Source: Colwellia sp. (GTDB lineage Bacteria > Pseudomonadota > Gammaproteobacteria > Enterobacterales > Alteromonadaceae). Taken from it: a DNA stretch of 62,246 nt. The notes under the pieces were generated by a model. The model ran no database searches, was not told the DNA's origin, and worked only from the letters and a program-made list of their open reading frames with translations. The DNA is taken from assembly GCA_003521815.1 (NCBI GenBank), contig DPHE01000079.1, positions 1 through 62,246 of the forward strand, read 5' to 3'. The position numbers and the translations under genes are program-made. Numbering within the stretch: the first letter of the stretch is position 1; every line of letters starts with the position of its first letter. This document shows positions 30,039 through 40,269 of the stretch, one piece after another.

Positions 30039-30452
30039 ATGAAAGTCATTCCAATAGTTGCAGAAGCCGGTATCTCTGGCTTTGATTCTCCAGCAGCAGA
30101 ATATAAAGAGTTAGGTCTATCGCTGGATCAATTAATTATAAAAAATCCTAATGCAACTTTTATTGGGCAGGCCTCAGGACAGTCAATGAAAGGGGTAGGG
30201 ATATTTGATGGTGATATTTTAATTGTAGATAGATCGCTAACGGCCAAAAATGGTGACGTTATTGTTGCAAATTATAATGGCTGTTTTGTCTGTAAATTAA
30301 TTGATAAGAAAAAAGCTCGGTTATTATCTGCATCTGCTGAGTTTGCCCCAGTGTCAATTACGCCTGAAGATGAGTTTTCATTGGAAGGCGTTGTTACTCG
30401 CTCTATTCGTCTACATCATAAGTCTCCAGAGTTAGCTGCATGTATGCTCTAG
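30039..30452 (+). CDS. umuD: DNA polymerase V subunit UmuD
   Basis: SGF.SPA..Y cleavage region, ATF...A.G.SM...GI.DGD.LIVDRS (Ser), CK (Lys), GVVT. Confidence 0.93.
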   Translation: MKVIPIVAEAGISGFDSPAAEYKELGLSLDQLIIKNPNATFIGQASGQSMKGVGIFDGDILIVDRSLTAKNGDVIVANYNGCFVCKLIDKKKARLLSASAEFAPVSITPEDEFSLEGVVTRSIRLHHKSPELAACML

Positions 30453-31702
30453 TTGATGCGGTTTCATTTTATGCCAGTGCGGAAAAAGTGTTTGACCCAA
30501 GCATACGTAATAAACCTGTTGTTGTGTTAACCAATAACGATGGCTGTATTTGTGCGGTTTGTCCCATTGCAAGACGTCTTGGTATTCCAAAATTTGCGCC
30601 GTATTTTCAAATAAAATCATTTCTTGAAGAGTATGGCGTGGTTGTTCGTTCATCTAACTATGAGTTATATGCGGACTTAAGCGACAAAATGATGAACGTA
30701 ATCAGCCGTTTTTGTGATAACCAATATATCTATTCAATTGATGAATCATTCTTATATTTTGAGAATTATGAAAGTGGTATAAAAGATTGGCATGAATACG
30801 GGCATCAAATAAGAAAAGCTATTTGGAAAGAAACTAGGCTTCCTGTTGGGGTTGGTTTCGGTGAAACAGCAACACTGTCAAAAGCCGCAAATCATGCGGC
30901 TAAAAAGCTATCTGGTTTTAATGGCGTAGCGGTTATTGATAGTAAAATAAGTAGACAAGAAATACTAAGGCGTATGGATGTAGAAGATGTATGGGGTGTT
31001 GGACGTAAAGTAGCAGCACGCTTGAAGCTTGAAGGCATTAATAATGCGGTTCAGTTATCAAAGCAAAACCCTAAGAATATACGACAACAATTTAGCGTAG
31101 TGACTGAACGAACAGTAAATGAATTAAATGGCATCAGCTGCTTGTCTTGGGATACAGTAAAATCACCCAAAAAAGAAATTTTTTCAACGCGAAGTTTCGG
31201 GCAACGCATTACAACAAAGAATGAATTACGGGCTGCATTAGTAACACATGCAGCCACGGTTGGAAGAAAAGCAAGAAGGCAGTATTCACTCATTAAAAAA
31301 TTAATGATATTTGCATCAAATTCCCCACATGATCCGTTATATTATAAACAAGCAATTGTTTATTCTTTTATTATGCCGACCGATAATACCTGTAAAATGG
31401 CACAAGCAATAAATAGTATTATTAATGCTATTTATTGTGAAGGTGTAAAATTTTACCGTTGTGGAGTGGGCGCAATAGAGTTAAATAGTAGGTCGTTTTT
31501 ACAGCCTGACTTATTTATGCCCGATCATACTAATGGTGATTTAATGAAATGCTTAGATAATGTGAATCATAGATACGGTGATAGTACATTAAAAATTGCC
31601 ACTGAAGGGCACCATGAAAAATGGCAAATGCGACGAGAATTTTTAAGCCCTCAATATACTAGTCAATGGCGAGATATCCCTAAAATAGATTGTTCGTCAT
31701 AG
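30440..31702 (+). CDS. umuC: DNA polymerase V subunit UmuC (Y family)
   Basis: ALVD..SFYAS.E.VFDP, VVL.NNDGC, SSNYELY.D.S, YSIDESF, SRSFG-like, W.MRR..LSP.YT..W. Confidence 0.95.
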   Translation: MYALVDAVSFYASAEKVFDPSIRNKPVVVLTNNDGCICAVCPIARRLGIPKFAPYFQIKSFLEEYGVVVRSSNYELYADLSDKMMNVISRFCDNQYIYSIDESFLYFENYESGIKDWHEYGHQIRKAIWKETRLPVGVGFGETATLSKAANHAAKKLSGFNGVAVIDSKISRQEILRRMDVEDVWGVGRKVAARLKLEGINNAVQLSKQNPKNIRQQFSVVTERTVNELNGISCLSWDTVKSPKKEIFSTRSFGQRITTKNELRAALVTHAATVGRKARRQYSLIKKLMIFASNSPHDPLYYKQAIVYSFIMPTDNTCKMAQAINSIINAIYCEGVKFYRCGVGAIELNSRSFLQPDLFMPDHTNGDLMKCLDNVNHRYGDSTLKIATEGHHEKWQMRREFLSPQYTSQWRDIPKIDCSS

Positions 31703-31829
31703 GCACAAAAAAGTGAGTAGGGCGTAGAATACTCCATTAAATCGTTCGGGTTGTTGGTTGTAAAATACAAAAAATTATGCTGTACTTTCAATAGTTAACG
31801 AATACTGGGTAATAGGATTTAACCTTATT

Positions 31830-32333
31830 ATGTATACTAAAAAGCAAGATACGAAGCCACAAGTGATTTCTTATGAACGCGTCAAATCCTATATGCAGTG
31901 GATGATCGAAAGGTATGGTGATTACTCAGCTAAAACACTACTACAAAAGGCGAATTTATTGTTTAAGGACGATAAACAATTCAATGAACCCGCACTAGAT
32001 TATCTCATAGAGCGGGGAATTGTGGATGACCATCGTTACGCAGAACGTTTAACGGTTGCTCTAAAAGAGAAAAACATTGGGCCTAACAAAATAAAAGAGA
32101 AACTGTATGCAAAAGGCTTCTCATCCCAAACAATCAATGATTGCGTTAGTACAATAGAAACAACCGACGAAGATTATTTTGACAAAGCACTAACCTTAAA
32201 AATAAGAAAGTTTGGCGAAGATCCGATTGAAGAGCTGAAGTTAAAACAGAAAGCGTTACGGCATTTGATATCAAAAGGATTTTCCTATTCAATTGCAAAC
32301 AAAGCGGTTAGCTATACAGGTAATGAAGATTAG
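31830..32333 (+). CDS. RecX-family protein (divergent, not recA-linked)
   Basis: L..L...G.VDD.RYA, GP.KIK..L..KG, K...K....KQK..R.L..KGFS three-helix repeat pattern. Confidence 0.75.
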   Translation: MYTKKQDTKPQVISYERVKSYMQWMIERYGDYSAKTLLQKANLLFKDDKQFNEPALDYLIERGIVDDHRYAERLTVALKEKNIGPNKIKEKLYAKGFSSQTINDCVSTIETTDEDYFDKALTLKIRKFGEDPIEELKLKQKALRHLISKGFSYSIANKAVSYTGNED

Positions 32334-32377
32334 TTTTATTGTAAATAGGAGTTACTTGGTAGGCTTGAAAAACAAAA

Positions 32378-32438
32378 AAAATCAACATGCTAAACCATTG
32401 AATTTATTGTTATTTAAATGGTTTAGCATGTTGATTTT
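32378..32438. repeat. long inverted repeat (22-bp arms)
   Basis: AAAATCAACATGCTAAACCATT-N17-AATGGTTTAGCATGTTGATTTT. Confidence 0.9.
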
Positions 32439-32486
32439 AAAATATGTATTTTAAAAATATAACTTATTAAAATACATATTTTAAAA
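32435..32486. repeat. long AT-rich inverted repeat (20-bp arms)
   Basis: TTTTAAAATATGTATTTTAA-N12-TTAAAATACATATTTTAAAA. Confidence 0.85.
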
Positions 32487-33091
32487 GGTAATATGTATTG
32501 AGATTTATCTTATTACGCAAGATTTTATGTAATCTCTAACGGCTTTGTGTATAAAAATAATTATCATTAGTGTCACCTAAGTAATTGTAATGTTATATTA
32601 TTTAACTGTTTATTTGAAATAGCATTCAATGTAATCCTTATGTACCAAAAATTTAAAAGCGGAAAAATAATAACGAATTAGGGTTAACTCAATTGAATAA
32701 ACTTAAGCGAGTATAATGATAAAGCGCTTAATTGTCGTATAAAAAATGTAGCGGCTAAATTAATAAAAAGATATACGCCTTATGTATTAATAAATCATTC
32801 AGCATAACAGTAACGTTTTATTAATACGTGCTGTGATAATTATCGCTAGTTTATCTATCAACGATTAAAAAGTAATGCACCATTAACTAAGCCATCACGA
32901 CAATAAATATCATCGTCAAGAGATTAGTGATTAAGTGCCCATTTACAATATAGGTGTGATGGCCAACAGTATTGTCGCCAAATGATATTTCATTCAGAAG
33001 CTGACCTTTTCATTAATCAACGACCAAACACTAAAAGGGATGGCGATAGCATTCCTTGTGAAAACGATTGTCGGCTTTATTATTATACTGA

Positions 33092-33143
33092 TGCACACCC
33101 ACTAAGTCCGATACCTTTTAGTATCGGACTTAGTGGGTGTGCA
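33092..33143. repeat. perfect 23-bp inverted repeat with 6-bp spacer; putative recombinase core site A
   Basis: TGCACACCCACTAAGTCCGATAC-CTTTTA-GTATCGGACTTAGTGGGTGTGCA. Confidence 0.85.
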
Positions 33144-33203
33144 CTATATTGTCAGTTTTAAGCCGTTATGGTTCAGTCGTCACTTTTACTATTTAACATG
33201 CCG

Positions 33204-34442
33204 TTAATCAACTTTTCGTTTTCGACCACTTTCAGCTCTAATTTTATTTTCTGACTGAACATATATAGTGTCTGTTGTTGCCATGCTCGCATGACCTAAG
33301 TCTTCAGAAAGATCTTTTAAAGCGCGACCACGCTCAATTTCCATACTTGCGCCAGTATGTCGAAGCCAATGTGTCGTCGCTTCTTTAAGTTTTATAGATT
33401 TATTTTCACCTTCAACTTGTTTCATTAGCATAAAGGCTTGATCGAATACACATTGCACTAAACGCCTGAGATGCCTTGATGTCATTCCTCCTTGACCACG
33501 CACTTTTTCAACCAACACATTATTATCGCCGCTTGTTGGAAGCCCAGAAAGTCCACGCGATAAACGATAGCGTTTTAAAAAAGGCATAAAATCAGGCGGC
33601 ACCGTTGTATCACGAAGCTTTTTGCCTTTTCCAAATATTTTTAACCACCAGTTTTGATCTTCATCTTGCCAGAAATGTCCCATAATAGGTGACCAATGAT
33701 CACGTTCAGACAGCTCTGAAATTCGTAAAAATAACGTTTTTAATGAGGCAATTACAAAAAGGTTTCGTTCATATAAAGGGTCTTCATTGGCCATAGATAC
33801 TGCTGTATCTAATAAGTATTGCCATTGAGGGCTGGATAACCTTTTCACTTCTTTTACTTGTGCATCGCTAATAAAGTGCTTGCAATCCTTTTTAGCGATT
33901 TGTGCAGGATTTCCATGGCACAGTTCTTCACCCATCAAGTAGTTATAAAACACAATAATGGCAGTAAATGTAGACGTTAATGTTTGTTGTGAGGGACGAT
34001 ATTTTTTCTTATCAACCTCTTTAGATATCTGGCTTTTAGCCGCTTGCATTTTAAACGGTCGCCATAAATCATTTGAAATAAAGTAACTGTTGTTAAGCTT
34101 GAATCTTTCTTGGCTACTGGTGCCTATCCAATTTATAGGAGGTTTCCAACAAAAATCGGCATATTCTAAAATATCAGTTTTGCGTAATTCATTTATAGGA
34201 GATTTTTTTTCGAGAAATGACCATAATAAAAACTTCTCAATTTCATTACGAAATCTATCATAAGTATGAACAGATTTATTTCGACCCGTATACTCAAGAA
34301 ATGATTTTCCCCATTGCCAATGATTTAAGCTCCATGAGGGACTGATCGCTATAAAATCATTAAGTGCTGGGTAATCAGCATTATCTAATTCACATAGTTC
34401 GGCATAAGTTGGATATAAAGGTGCAGGAGTTATTTTTCGCAT
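33204..34442 (-). CDS. tyrosine recombinase (412 aa)
   Basis: FLRISEL (R), GKGKK.R (K), HWLRHT (HxxR), DLGHAS, TIYV (Y); N-terminal FRNEIEKFLLW and FC..PP..WIG. Confidence 0.92.
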   Translation of the reverse strand: MRKITPAPLYPTYAELCELDNADYPALNDFIAISPSWSLNHWQWGKSFLEYTGRNKSVHTYDRFRNEIEKFLLWSFLEKKSPINELRKTDILEYADFCWKPPINWIGTSSQERFKLNNSYFISNDLWRPFKMQAAKSQISKEVDKKKYRPSQQTLTSTFTAIIVFYNYLMGEELCHGNPAQIAKKDCKHFISDAQVKEVKRLSSPQWQYLLDTAVSMANEDPLYERNLFVIASLKTLFLRISELSERDHWSPIMGHFWQDEDQNWWLKIFGKGKKLRDTTVPPDFMPFLKRYRLSRGLSGLPTSGDNNVLVEKVRGQGGMTSRHLRRLVQCVFDQAFMLMKQVEGENKSIKLKEATTHWLRHTGASMEIERGRALKDLSEDLGHASMATTDTIYVQSENKIRAESGRKRKVD

Positions 34443-34494
34443 AAAGACTATAGAACAAGAATTGAGATTAAAACTATTCTATTCTGCCCTACCC

Positions 34495-34527
34495 CTTAAG
34501 TCCAATACCAAAAATTATGGACTTAAG
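34495..34527. repeat. imperfect inverted repeat related to 33092-33143; putative recombinase core site B
   Basis: CTTAAGTCCAATAC-CAAAAA-TTATGGACTTAAG shares TAAGTCC.ATAC / TAT.GGACTTA arms and a 6-bp spacer with site A. Confidence 0.7.
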
Positions 34528-34674
34528 AGTAAGTGCCTAATCAACAGCCTTACTGATATTTCAAGTTAATAACACCTGCTGTTTTATAAATGGTATTTTC
34601 GCTATCGCTTTATGGTAGCCCATCGCATCCATGGTTATTACCACCCTTTTAATTAAGTGTGATAGATGAGTAGA

Positions 34675-35232
34675 CTATATAAACAAGTCTTTAATGTTGG
34701 TTAAGTCGCTTTTACCGGTACTAATTTCATCTGGCGTTAAGCCAGATAACTCATGAGGAAAAACTAACCACTCTTTTGATTCATGCACATAATAATCAGG
34801 CGTAATATCTACTTGTTTATTTGCTGACTTATACCAAGTACAAGCCGTACGAATATCTTTAGGTATGTTGTTATGCATTAATAACTCAAGCTGGGTAATA
34901 AGTGCCTTAATGCTACGACCTGAGTCAAAGACATCATCAACAATTAGCAAGCCATCATCAGGGGTGGTATTTTCAATGATATAATGTAAACCGTGTACTG
35001 TAATTTCTTTACTTTTCTGGTTAATTCCATAGTAAGATGAAGTACGAACCGCAATATGATCAGTATCTACTTTTTTATAATCAAAATATTCTTGAACAGC
35101 AATACCAATAGGAGCACCACCTCGCCAAATACCAACAATAAATTGGGGTCTAAATCCATCGTCATAAACTTTAGCCGCTAAACGAAACGAATCTTCTAAT
35201 AACGCTTGTGCAGTGATAAATTTTTTTTCCAT
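34675..35232 (-). CDS. purine phosphoribosyltransferase-family protein
   Basis: VGIWRGG, LIVDDVFDSG.S PRPP loop, PDYY, WLVFPHE. Confidence 0.88.
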   Translation of the reverse strand: MEKKFITAQALLEDSFRLAAKVYDDGFRPQFIVGIWRGGAPIGIAVQEYFDYKKVDTDHIAVRTSSYYGINQKSKEITVHGLHYIIENTTPDDGLLIVDDVFDSGRSIKALITQLELLMHNNIPKDIRTACTWYKSANKQVDITPDYYVHESKEWLVFPHELSGLTPDEISTGKSDLTNIKDLFI

Positions 35233-35296
35233 TAACGTTAACCTTATTCTCTTACTGATGCTATGTGAGTAATATTTAATTCTTTGACATTACTCA

Positions 35297-35818
35297 CTAA
35301 TTACTGTCTAACGCTCGCGCAATTTTCTTCAGTAGAAAGGTTTCTCTTTCAATAGATAGACCTTTTTTAGGGCTGACTTTAATTGTGTTTTCATTGTGCT
35401 GAATAGCTTCAAATATATTTACCCAAACAGGTTTCATACCGTTTTGAATTTCATGACTTTCAAATGCTGTTTCAGCCAAAGTTTTGCTAATTTTACAGGT
35501 GTAACAATATGACAGCATATGAATAATATCAAAATGCTCTTTATGCCAAGGACGGTACTCTTCATATAAACCGAATTCCGATAACACCTCAATATTTTGT
35601 GCTCCAGTCTCTTCTTTTAGCTCTCTTTTTAGACCATCCGTCAGTGACTCACCTTCGTCAACGCCACCGCCTGGTAAACTATAATCGTGATAGCGTTCAG
35701 TATAGAGTAATAATATATTTTCACCCTCAAGGACAATGGCTCGAGTTGCTTTTCGAGTTAAACAAGTCCCTTCAAGGTCAGGAAGGCTTGGGTGTTGGGT
35801 TGATCTTAATAATTGCAT
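35297..35818 (-). CDS. NUDIX hydrolase
   Basis: PGGGVDEGESLTDGLKRELKEETG Nudix box. Confidence 0.92.
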   Translation of the reverse strand: MQLLRSTQHPSLPDLEGTCLTRKATRAIVLEGENILLLYTERYHDYSLPGGGVDEGESLTDGLKRELKEETGAQNIEVLSEFGLYEEYRPWHKEHFDIIHMLSYCYTCKISKTLAETAFESHEIQNGMKPVWVNIFEAIQHNENTIKVSPKKGLSIERETFLLKKIARALDSN

Positions 35819-36108
35819 AATAAAAAGGGTTACATTGAAGAAAGAAGAGAGGCAGATTACTTGTTCTTTCTATTAATAAAAATAAAGGCGCTATATTAGC
35901 ACTGAACTCATTAGGTTTCATCGCCTCAACTAAACTATCTACCTGATTTATAAAGGGCTGGGGAAATACCAGTTAATCATTATTTTAGTAGACGATAACG
36001 CTTTATAGTCTGCTGCTACTAACTACCTTAGTCCATCATCACAAACACTAATAATATCACCCTCAAAAAGTTAGTATTTTCGTTAATGACTAAAAATCAG
36101 GAGTTTTA

Positions 36109-36122
36109 GTGATATATATCAG
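36109..36122. promoter_or_regulatory. FNR-like box
   Basis: GTGAT-ATAT-ATCAG about 60-70 bp upstream of nfeD. Confidence 0.55.
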
Positions 36123-36192
36123 TGTTTTTTATCGATAATCAGAGTTAACTACTTATTGTAACTAGATTGTTAATTCATTTGTGGAAATAACT

Positions 36193-37602
36193 ATGTGTAA
36201 ATTTTTTGGGATGTTTTGGTTTTTTTGTAGCGCTGTTATCTCAGCAGAACCCATAATGTCATCAGAAACACAGCTATCTAAACAACTAGTAAATTTATCT
36301 CAACAAGAAAAAAATATTAATGCAAACCAATCATTTGTGCCATTATTAACCATTAAAGGTGCCATAGGACCTGCAATTAGTGACTATTTAGTACGAGAAA
36401 TAGACAGCGCTAACATGCTTAATAACATCCCTTTAATTATTATAACACTCGACACTCCTGGTGGTCTAAGCGCTAGTCTAAGAGATATTAATCAGAGTAT
36501 CTTAAACTCAAACATTCCAATTGCCTGTTTAGTTTACCCACAAGGTGCACGTGCGGCTAGCGCAGGCACTTACCTATTATATGCTTGTCATATTGCCGCT
36601 ATGGCTCCTGCTACAACGCTTGGTGCAGCAACGCCAGTTAATATTTCGGCTCCAATGACATCGTCTACAAAGAATAAAGAACAAGTAATTACACCTTCTA
36701 CAATGGAGAAAAAAGTATTAAATGATGCCATCTCCTATATTCGCTCACTAGCACAATTACGTTCACGTAATGAACTATGGGCTGAAAAAGCAGTTACAGA
36801 GGCTGCAACATTAACAGCAAAAGAAGCACTAAAAGAAAATGTCATCACCTTAATAGCCCGATCTCCACAAGCACTATTAAATAAACTAGATGGCAGGAGG
36901 ATATCAATAAAACAGCAAAAGATAGAATTATCATTGAATAATGCTCGTATAGTTAGCAAAAATCCAGATTGGCGCAGCCAATTTATTGCCACCATAACCA
37001 ATCCTAATATTGCCTACATATTGATGTTACTGGGTATTTACGGTTTGCTATTAGAGTTCTACAGCCCTGGCGTAGGTATTGCCGGTATCACTGGAGGTAT
37101 ATCCTTACTTGTCGCTTTATATGCCTTTCAGTTATTACCATTAAATTTTGTAGGTGTTGCCTTACTTTTGTTAGGAATCGTGTTAATGCTCATGGAATCA
37201 CTTATACCAAGTTTTGGTGTATTTGGTGTTGGAGGTCTTGGCGCTTTTGTTATCGGATCGATATTTTTATTCGACACGCAACTTGACCAATTTAAAGTAT
37301 CGCTCCCGTTAATTGGAGGTTTGGCTTTTATATCTACGATATTTATCATGTTTGCTCTAGGTGTTATCTACCGAGCACGAAAAAGTAAAATTGTCAGTGG
37401 TCAAGAAGAAATAATTAATGCTTGGGTCACAGTAGAGGATGATTTCATTGATAATGGTTTCGTATTGTTTAATGGCGAGCGTTGGGCGGCTAGTAGTAAA
37501 GAGCGATTGAAAAAAAATCAACAAGTACAAGTGAAAGCCATTAATGGTTTAACTCTGGTTTTAGTACAACAAACAACAATGACAGCCAATACTAAGGAAT
37601 AA
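36193..37602 (+). CDS. NfeD-family membrane serine protease (long form)
   Basis: LDTPGGL, RAASAG (Ser), GAATPV, KK..NDA (Lys), TM region, C-terminal OB fold GERW.A; paired with stomatin; alternative GTG start 36181. Confidence 0.9.
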   Translation: MCKFFGMFWFFCSAVISAEPIMSSETQLSKQLVNLSQQEKNINANQSFVPLLTIKGAIGPAISDYLVREIDSANMLNNIPLIIITLDTPGGLSASLRDINQSILNSNIPIACLVYPQGARAASAGTYLLYACHIAAMAPATTLGAATPVNISAPMTSSTKNKEQVITPSTMEKKVLNDAISYIRSLAQLRSRNELWAEKAVTEAATLTAKEALKENVITLIARSPQALLNKLDGRRISIKQQKIELSLNNARIVSKNPDWRSQFIATITNPNIAYILMLLGIYGLLLEFYSPGVGIAGITGGISLLVALYAFQLLPLNFVGVALLLLGIVLMLMESLIPSFGVFGVGGLGAFVIGSIFLFDTQLDQFKVSLPLIGGLAFISTIFIMFALGVIYRARKSKIVSGQEEIINAWVTVEDDFIDNGFVLFNGERWAASSKERLKKNQQVQVKAINGLTLVLVQQTTMTANTKE

Positions 37603-37606
37603 AGTA

Positions 37607-38389
37607 ATGACACTATTATTTACTAATACTGAATTATTCACCGGCTCAATCATATTTTTACTTCTTGCGCTTTTGTTTAGTGCATTTAAAATTTTACGAG
37701 AATATGAACGAGGGGTTATATTTTTACTTGGACGATTTTATAAAGTCAAAGGGCCTGGTTTTATTATTGTTATTCCTTTTATTCAACAAATGGTTAAAGT
37801 TGATTTGCGTATTGTAGTCATGGACGTACCCAGCCAAGATGTTATCAGTCGCGATAATGTTTCAGTAAAAGTTAACGCGGTTATATACTTTAGAGTCATT
37901 GACCCGCAAAAAGCCATTATCAATGTCGAAAACTATTTACAGGCGACTTCTCAGCTAGCACAAACCACCCTGCGCTCTGTATTAGGACAACATGAGTTAG
38001 ATGAAATGTTGGCTAATAGAGAGATGTTAAATGCTGATATTCAAACTATTTTAGATGTTAGAACCGACAGTTGGGGCATAAAAGTTTCTAATGTCGAGAT
38101 TAAACACGTTGATTTAAATGAAAGTATGATACGCGCCATTGCAAGACAAGCTGAAGCAGAACGTACACGTAGAGCGAAAGTTATTCACGCTAAAGGTGAA
38201 ATGGAAGCATCTACTCAACTAACTCAAGCAGCCAACAAACTTGCCAAAGAGCCTGATGCCATCATGCTACGTTATTTACAAACATTAACTGAAATTGCGG
38301 GCGAGAAAAATTCTACTATCATTTTTCCTATACCCATGGAGCTGATCAGCGGTTTAGTGAATTCTGTCAAAGACAAAATTAAGGGATAA
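37607..38389 (+). CDS. SPFH/stomatin-like (slipin) protein
   Basis: [60 protein letters not shown]. Confidence 0.93.
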   Translation: MTLLFTNTELFTGSIIFLLLALLFSAFKILREYERGVIFLLGRFYKVKGPGFIIVIPFIQQMVKVDLRIVVMDVPSQDVISRDNVSVKVNAVIYFRVIDPQKAIINVENYLQATSQLAQTTLRSVLGQHELDEMLANREMLNADIQTILDVRTDSWGIKVSNVEIKHVDLNESMIRAIARQAEAERTRRAKVIHAKGEMEASTQLTQAANKLAKEPDAIMLRYLQTLTEIAGEKNSTIIFPIPMELISGLVNSVKDKIKG

Positions 38390-38391
38390 TA

Positions 38392-38847
38392 ATGAAATAT
38401 ACCATGCTTATATTACTCATTAGTATGTCATTAGCCCTTTATAGCTGTAATAAAGGGCTTGATTCACCTCTAGGATTTAGCCTGCCTAAAGGGGATAGTA
38501 AAATAGGAGAAAGGGTCTTTTTAGAATACAAATGTTTAGCTTGTCACTCACTTAAAGGCATTGAGGACAGCAGTATCGCACAAAACAAAAATATATCTGT
38601 TCTTATTGGCAGCGATAAAACTCACCTAGTAACTTACGCTGAATTAGTCACTTCGATAATCAATCCTTCTCATAAATTTTCACGTCTTTATTCGGACATA
38701 GAAAAAACATCAGAAGGTGTATCAAAAATGAAAAACTTTAATGATGTCATTACTGTTACAGAACTTATTGATTTAGTTGCTTTTTTACATCCCTATTATG
38801 AATTCATTCCTTATGGACAAACCAAATATCAATATTATCCACAATAA
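38392..38847 (+). CDS. lipoprotein c-type cytochrome
   Basis: Lipobox-like LYSC, CLACH heme motif, LVTSIINPSH, SKM distal Met. Confidence 0.8.
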   Translation: MKYTMLILLISMSLALYSCNKGLDSPLGFSLPKGDSKIGERVFLEYKCLACHSLKGIEDSSIAQNKNISVLIGSDKTHLVTYAELVTSIINPSHKFSRLYSDIEKTSEGVSKMKNFNDVITVTELIDLVAFLHPYYEFIPYGQTKYQYYPQ

Positions 38848-38864
38848 TAATTACAGGAGTTTAT

Positions 38865-40253
38865 ATGAATATTAAATTTTTAGGGGCTACACGAGAAGTA
38901 ACCGGTTCTTGCTATTTGGTTCAAGTTAACAACAAAAACATTCTGCTGGAGTGTGGCATGTTACAAGGTTCTTATCAGCATGAACGACACAACCGTGATC
39001 CTTTCCCTTTTGATGTCGCTGATCTAGATGCCGTTATCGTCAGTCATGCACACCTTGATCACACGGGTCGATTACCTATGTTAATAAAAGAGGGTTTTCA
39101 TGGTTGTATCTATACACATAATGCCACCGTAGATTTATGTAAAATTATGCTAGTAGACTCAGGTTATATTCATGAAAAAGAAGCTCGTTGGGAAAATAAA
39201 AAACGCGAACGTAAGGGCTTAGCATTAATTGAACCTCTTTATACTACGGCAGAAGCAGACACAACATTACAGTATTTTAAAGGGGTTAATTATGATGAGG
39301 AAATTGAAATATGCCAAGGCGTTAAACTAACATTTAGAGATGCGGGTCATATTATTGGATCGGCTATTGTTGAATTAACACTGACTGAAAATAGTGTAAG
39401 TAAAAAAATAGTATTTAGCGGCGATTTAGGACATAAAAACGCACCAATTTTACGTGACCCATTTAAAGTTAAACATGCGGACTTAGTAATAATGGAAAGT
39501 ACTTACGGTGATAGGCTACATCGAAGTTGGGAGGATACTTGGCAAGAAATGGGTGAGATTATTGCTGATGCAAAAAGCAGTAAAGGTAATATATTAATTC
39601 CTGCTTTTACCGTTGGGAGAACACAAGAGTTACTCTATGAATTTAAACAACACTTTGAGCAATGGCAGCTAGGTGATTGGCAAATTTTTCTCGATAGTCC
39701 TATGGGTATTAAAGCGACGAATGTTTATGCCAAACATAGCGAAGTTTACGATAAAAAAGCGATAAATATTGAACAAGACCATGGTGGTATATTTGATTTA
39801 ACTAATCTGAATATGTCAGAAACGACTAATTATTCAATGAAAATTAATCAAATAAACTCGGGGGCAATTATTATTGCCGGTAGTGGTATGTGTACGGGTG
39901 GTCGAATTAAACACCATTTTAAACATAATATTTGGCGTAAAAATGTGCATGTGCTAATTGTTGGCTTTCAAGCGAGAGGTACATTAGGTAGAGCACTGGT
40001 TGATGGCTGTGAGAACATTAATTTATGGGGTGAAAAAATACAAGTTAATGCGACTATTCACACCATCGGTGGTTTTTCCGCCCATGCTGATCAACAAGGG
40101 TTGCTAGATTGGTACCTCGGTTTTGAAAATAATCCACCCGTAGTACTTGTTCACGGCGAAGAAGCAGCGATGGAAGTACTCGCACAAAAATTAAAACATC
40201 AATACCAAGTTAATGTTATGCAAGCAAGCTATAAACAAAATATTGTTATCTAA
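38865..40253 (+). CDS. MBL-fold beta-CASP ribonuclease
   Basis: GA.REVTGSC, SHAHLDH.G, AGHI.GS, SGDLG, ESTYG, AGSGMC.GGR..HH, FSAHAD, VHGE. Confidence 0.92.
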   Translation: MNIKFLGATREVTGSCYLVQVNNKNILLECGMLQGSYQHERHNRDPFPFDVADLDAVIVSHAHLDHTGRLPMLIKEGFHGCIYTHNATVDLCKIMLVDSGYIHEKEARWENKKRERKGLALIEPLYTTAEADTTLQYFKGVNYDEEIEICQGVKLTFRDAGHIIGSAIVELTLTENSVSKKIVFSGDLGHKNAPILRDPFKVKHADLVIMESTYGDRLHRSWEDTWQEMGEIIADAKSSKGNILIPAFTVGRTQELLYEFKQHFEQWQLGDWQIFLDSPMGIKATNVYAKHSEVYDKKAINIEQDHGGIFDLTNLNMSETTNYSMKINQINSGAIIIAGSGMCTGGRIKHHFKHNIWRKNVHVLIVGFQARGTLGRALVDGCENINLWGEKIQVNATIHTIGGFSAHADQQGLLDWYLGFENNPPVVLVHGEEAAMEVLAQKLKHQYQVNVMQASYKQNIVI

Positions 40254-40269
40254 CAAGCAGGATACATTT

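Noticed and set aside
31779..31795. LexA box before the recX-like gene
   Set aside because: CTGTACTTTCAATAG does not fit CTG-N10-CAG.
32540..33090. Decayed coding remnant
   Set aside because: Only short stop-interrupted frames with no recognisable family.
28914..34674. Chromosomal dif site or xerC/xerD assignment
   Set aside because: No TTATGTTAAAT XerD arm seen, and neither recombinase has the XerC/D-specific C-terminal motifs.
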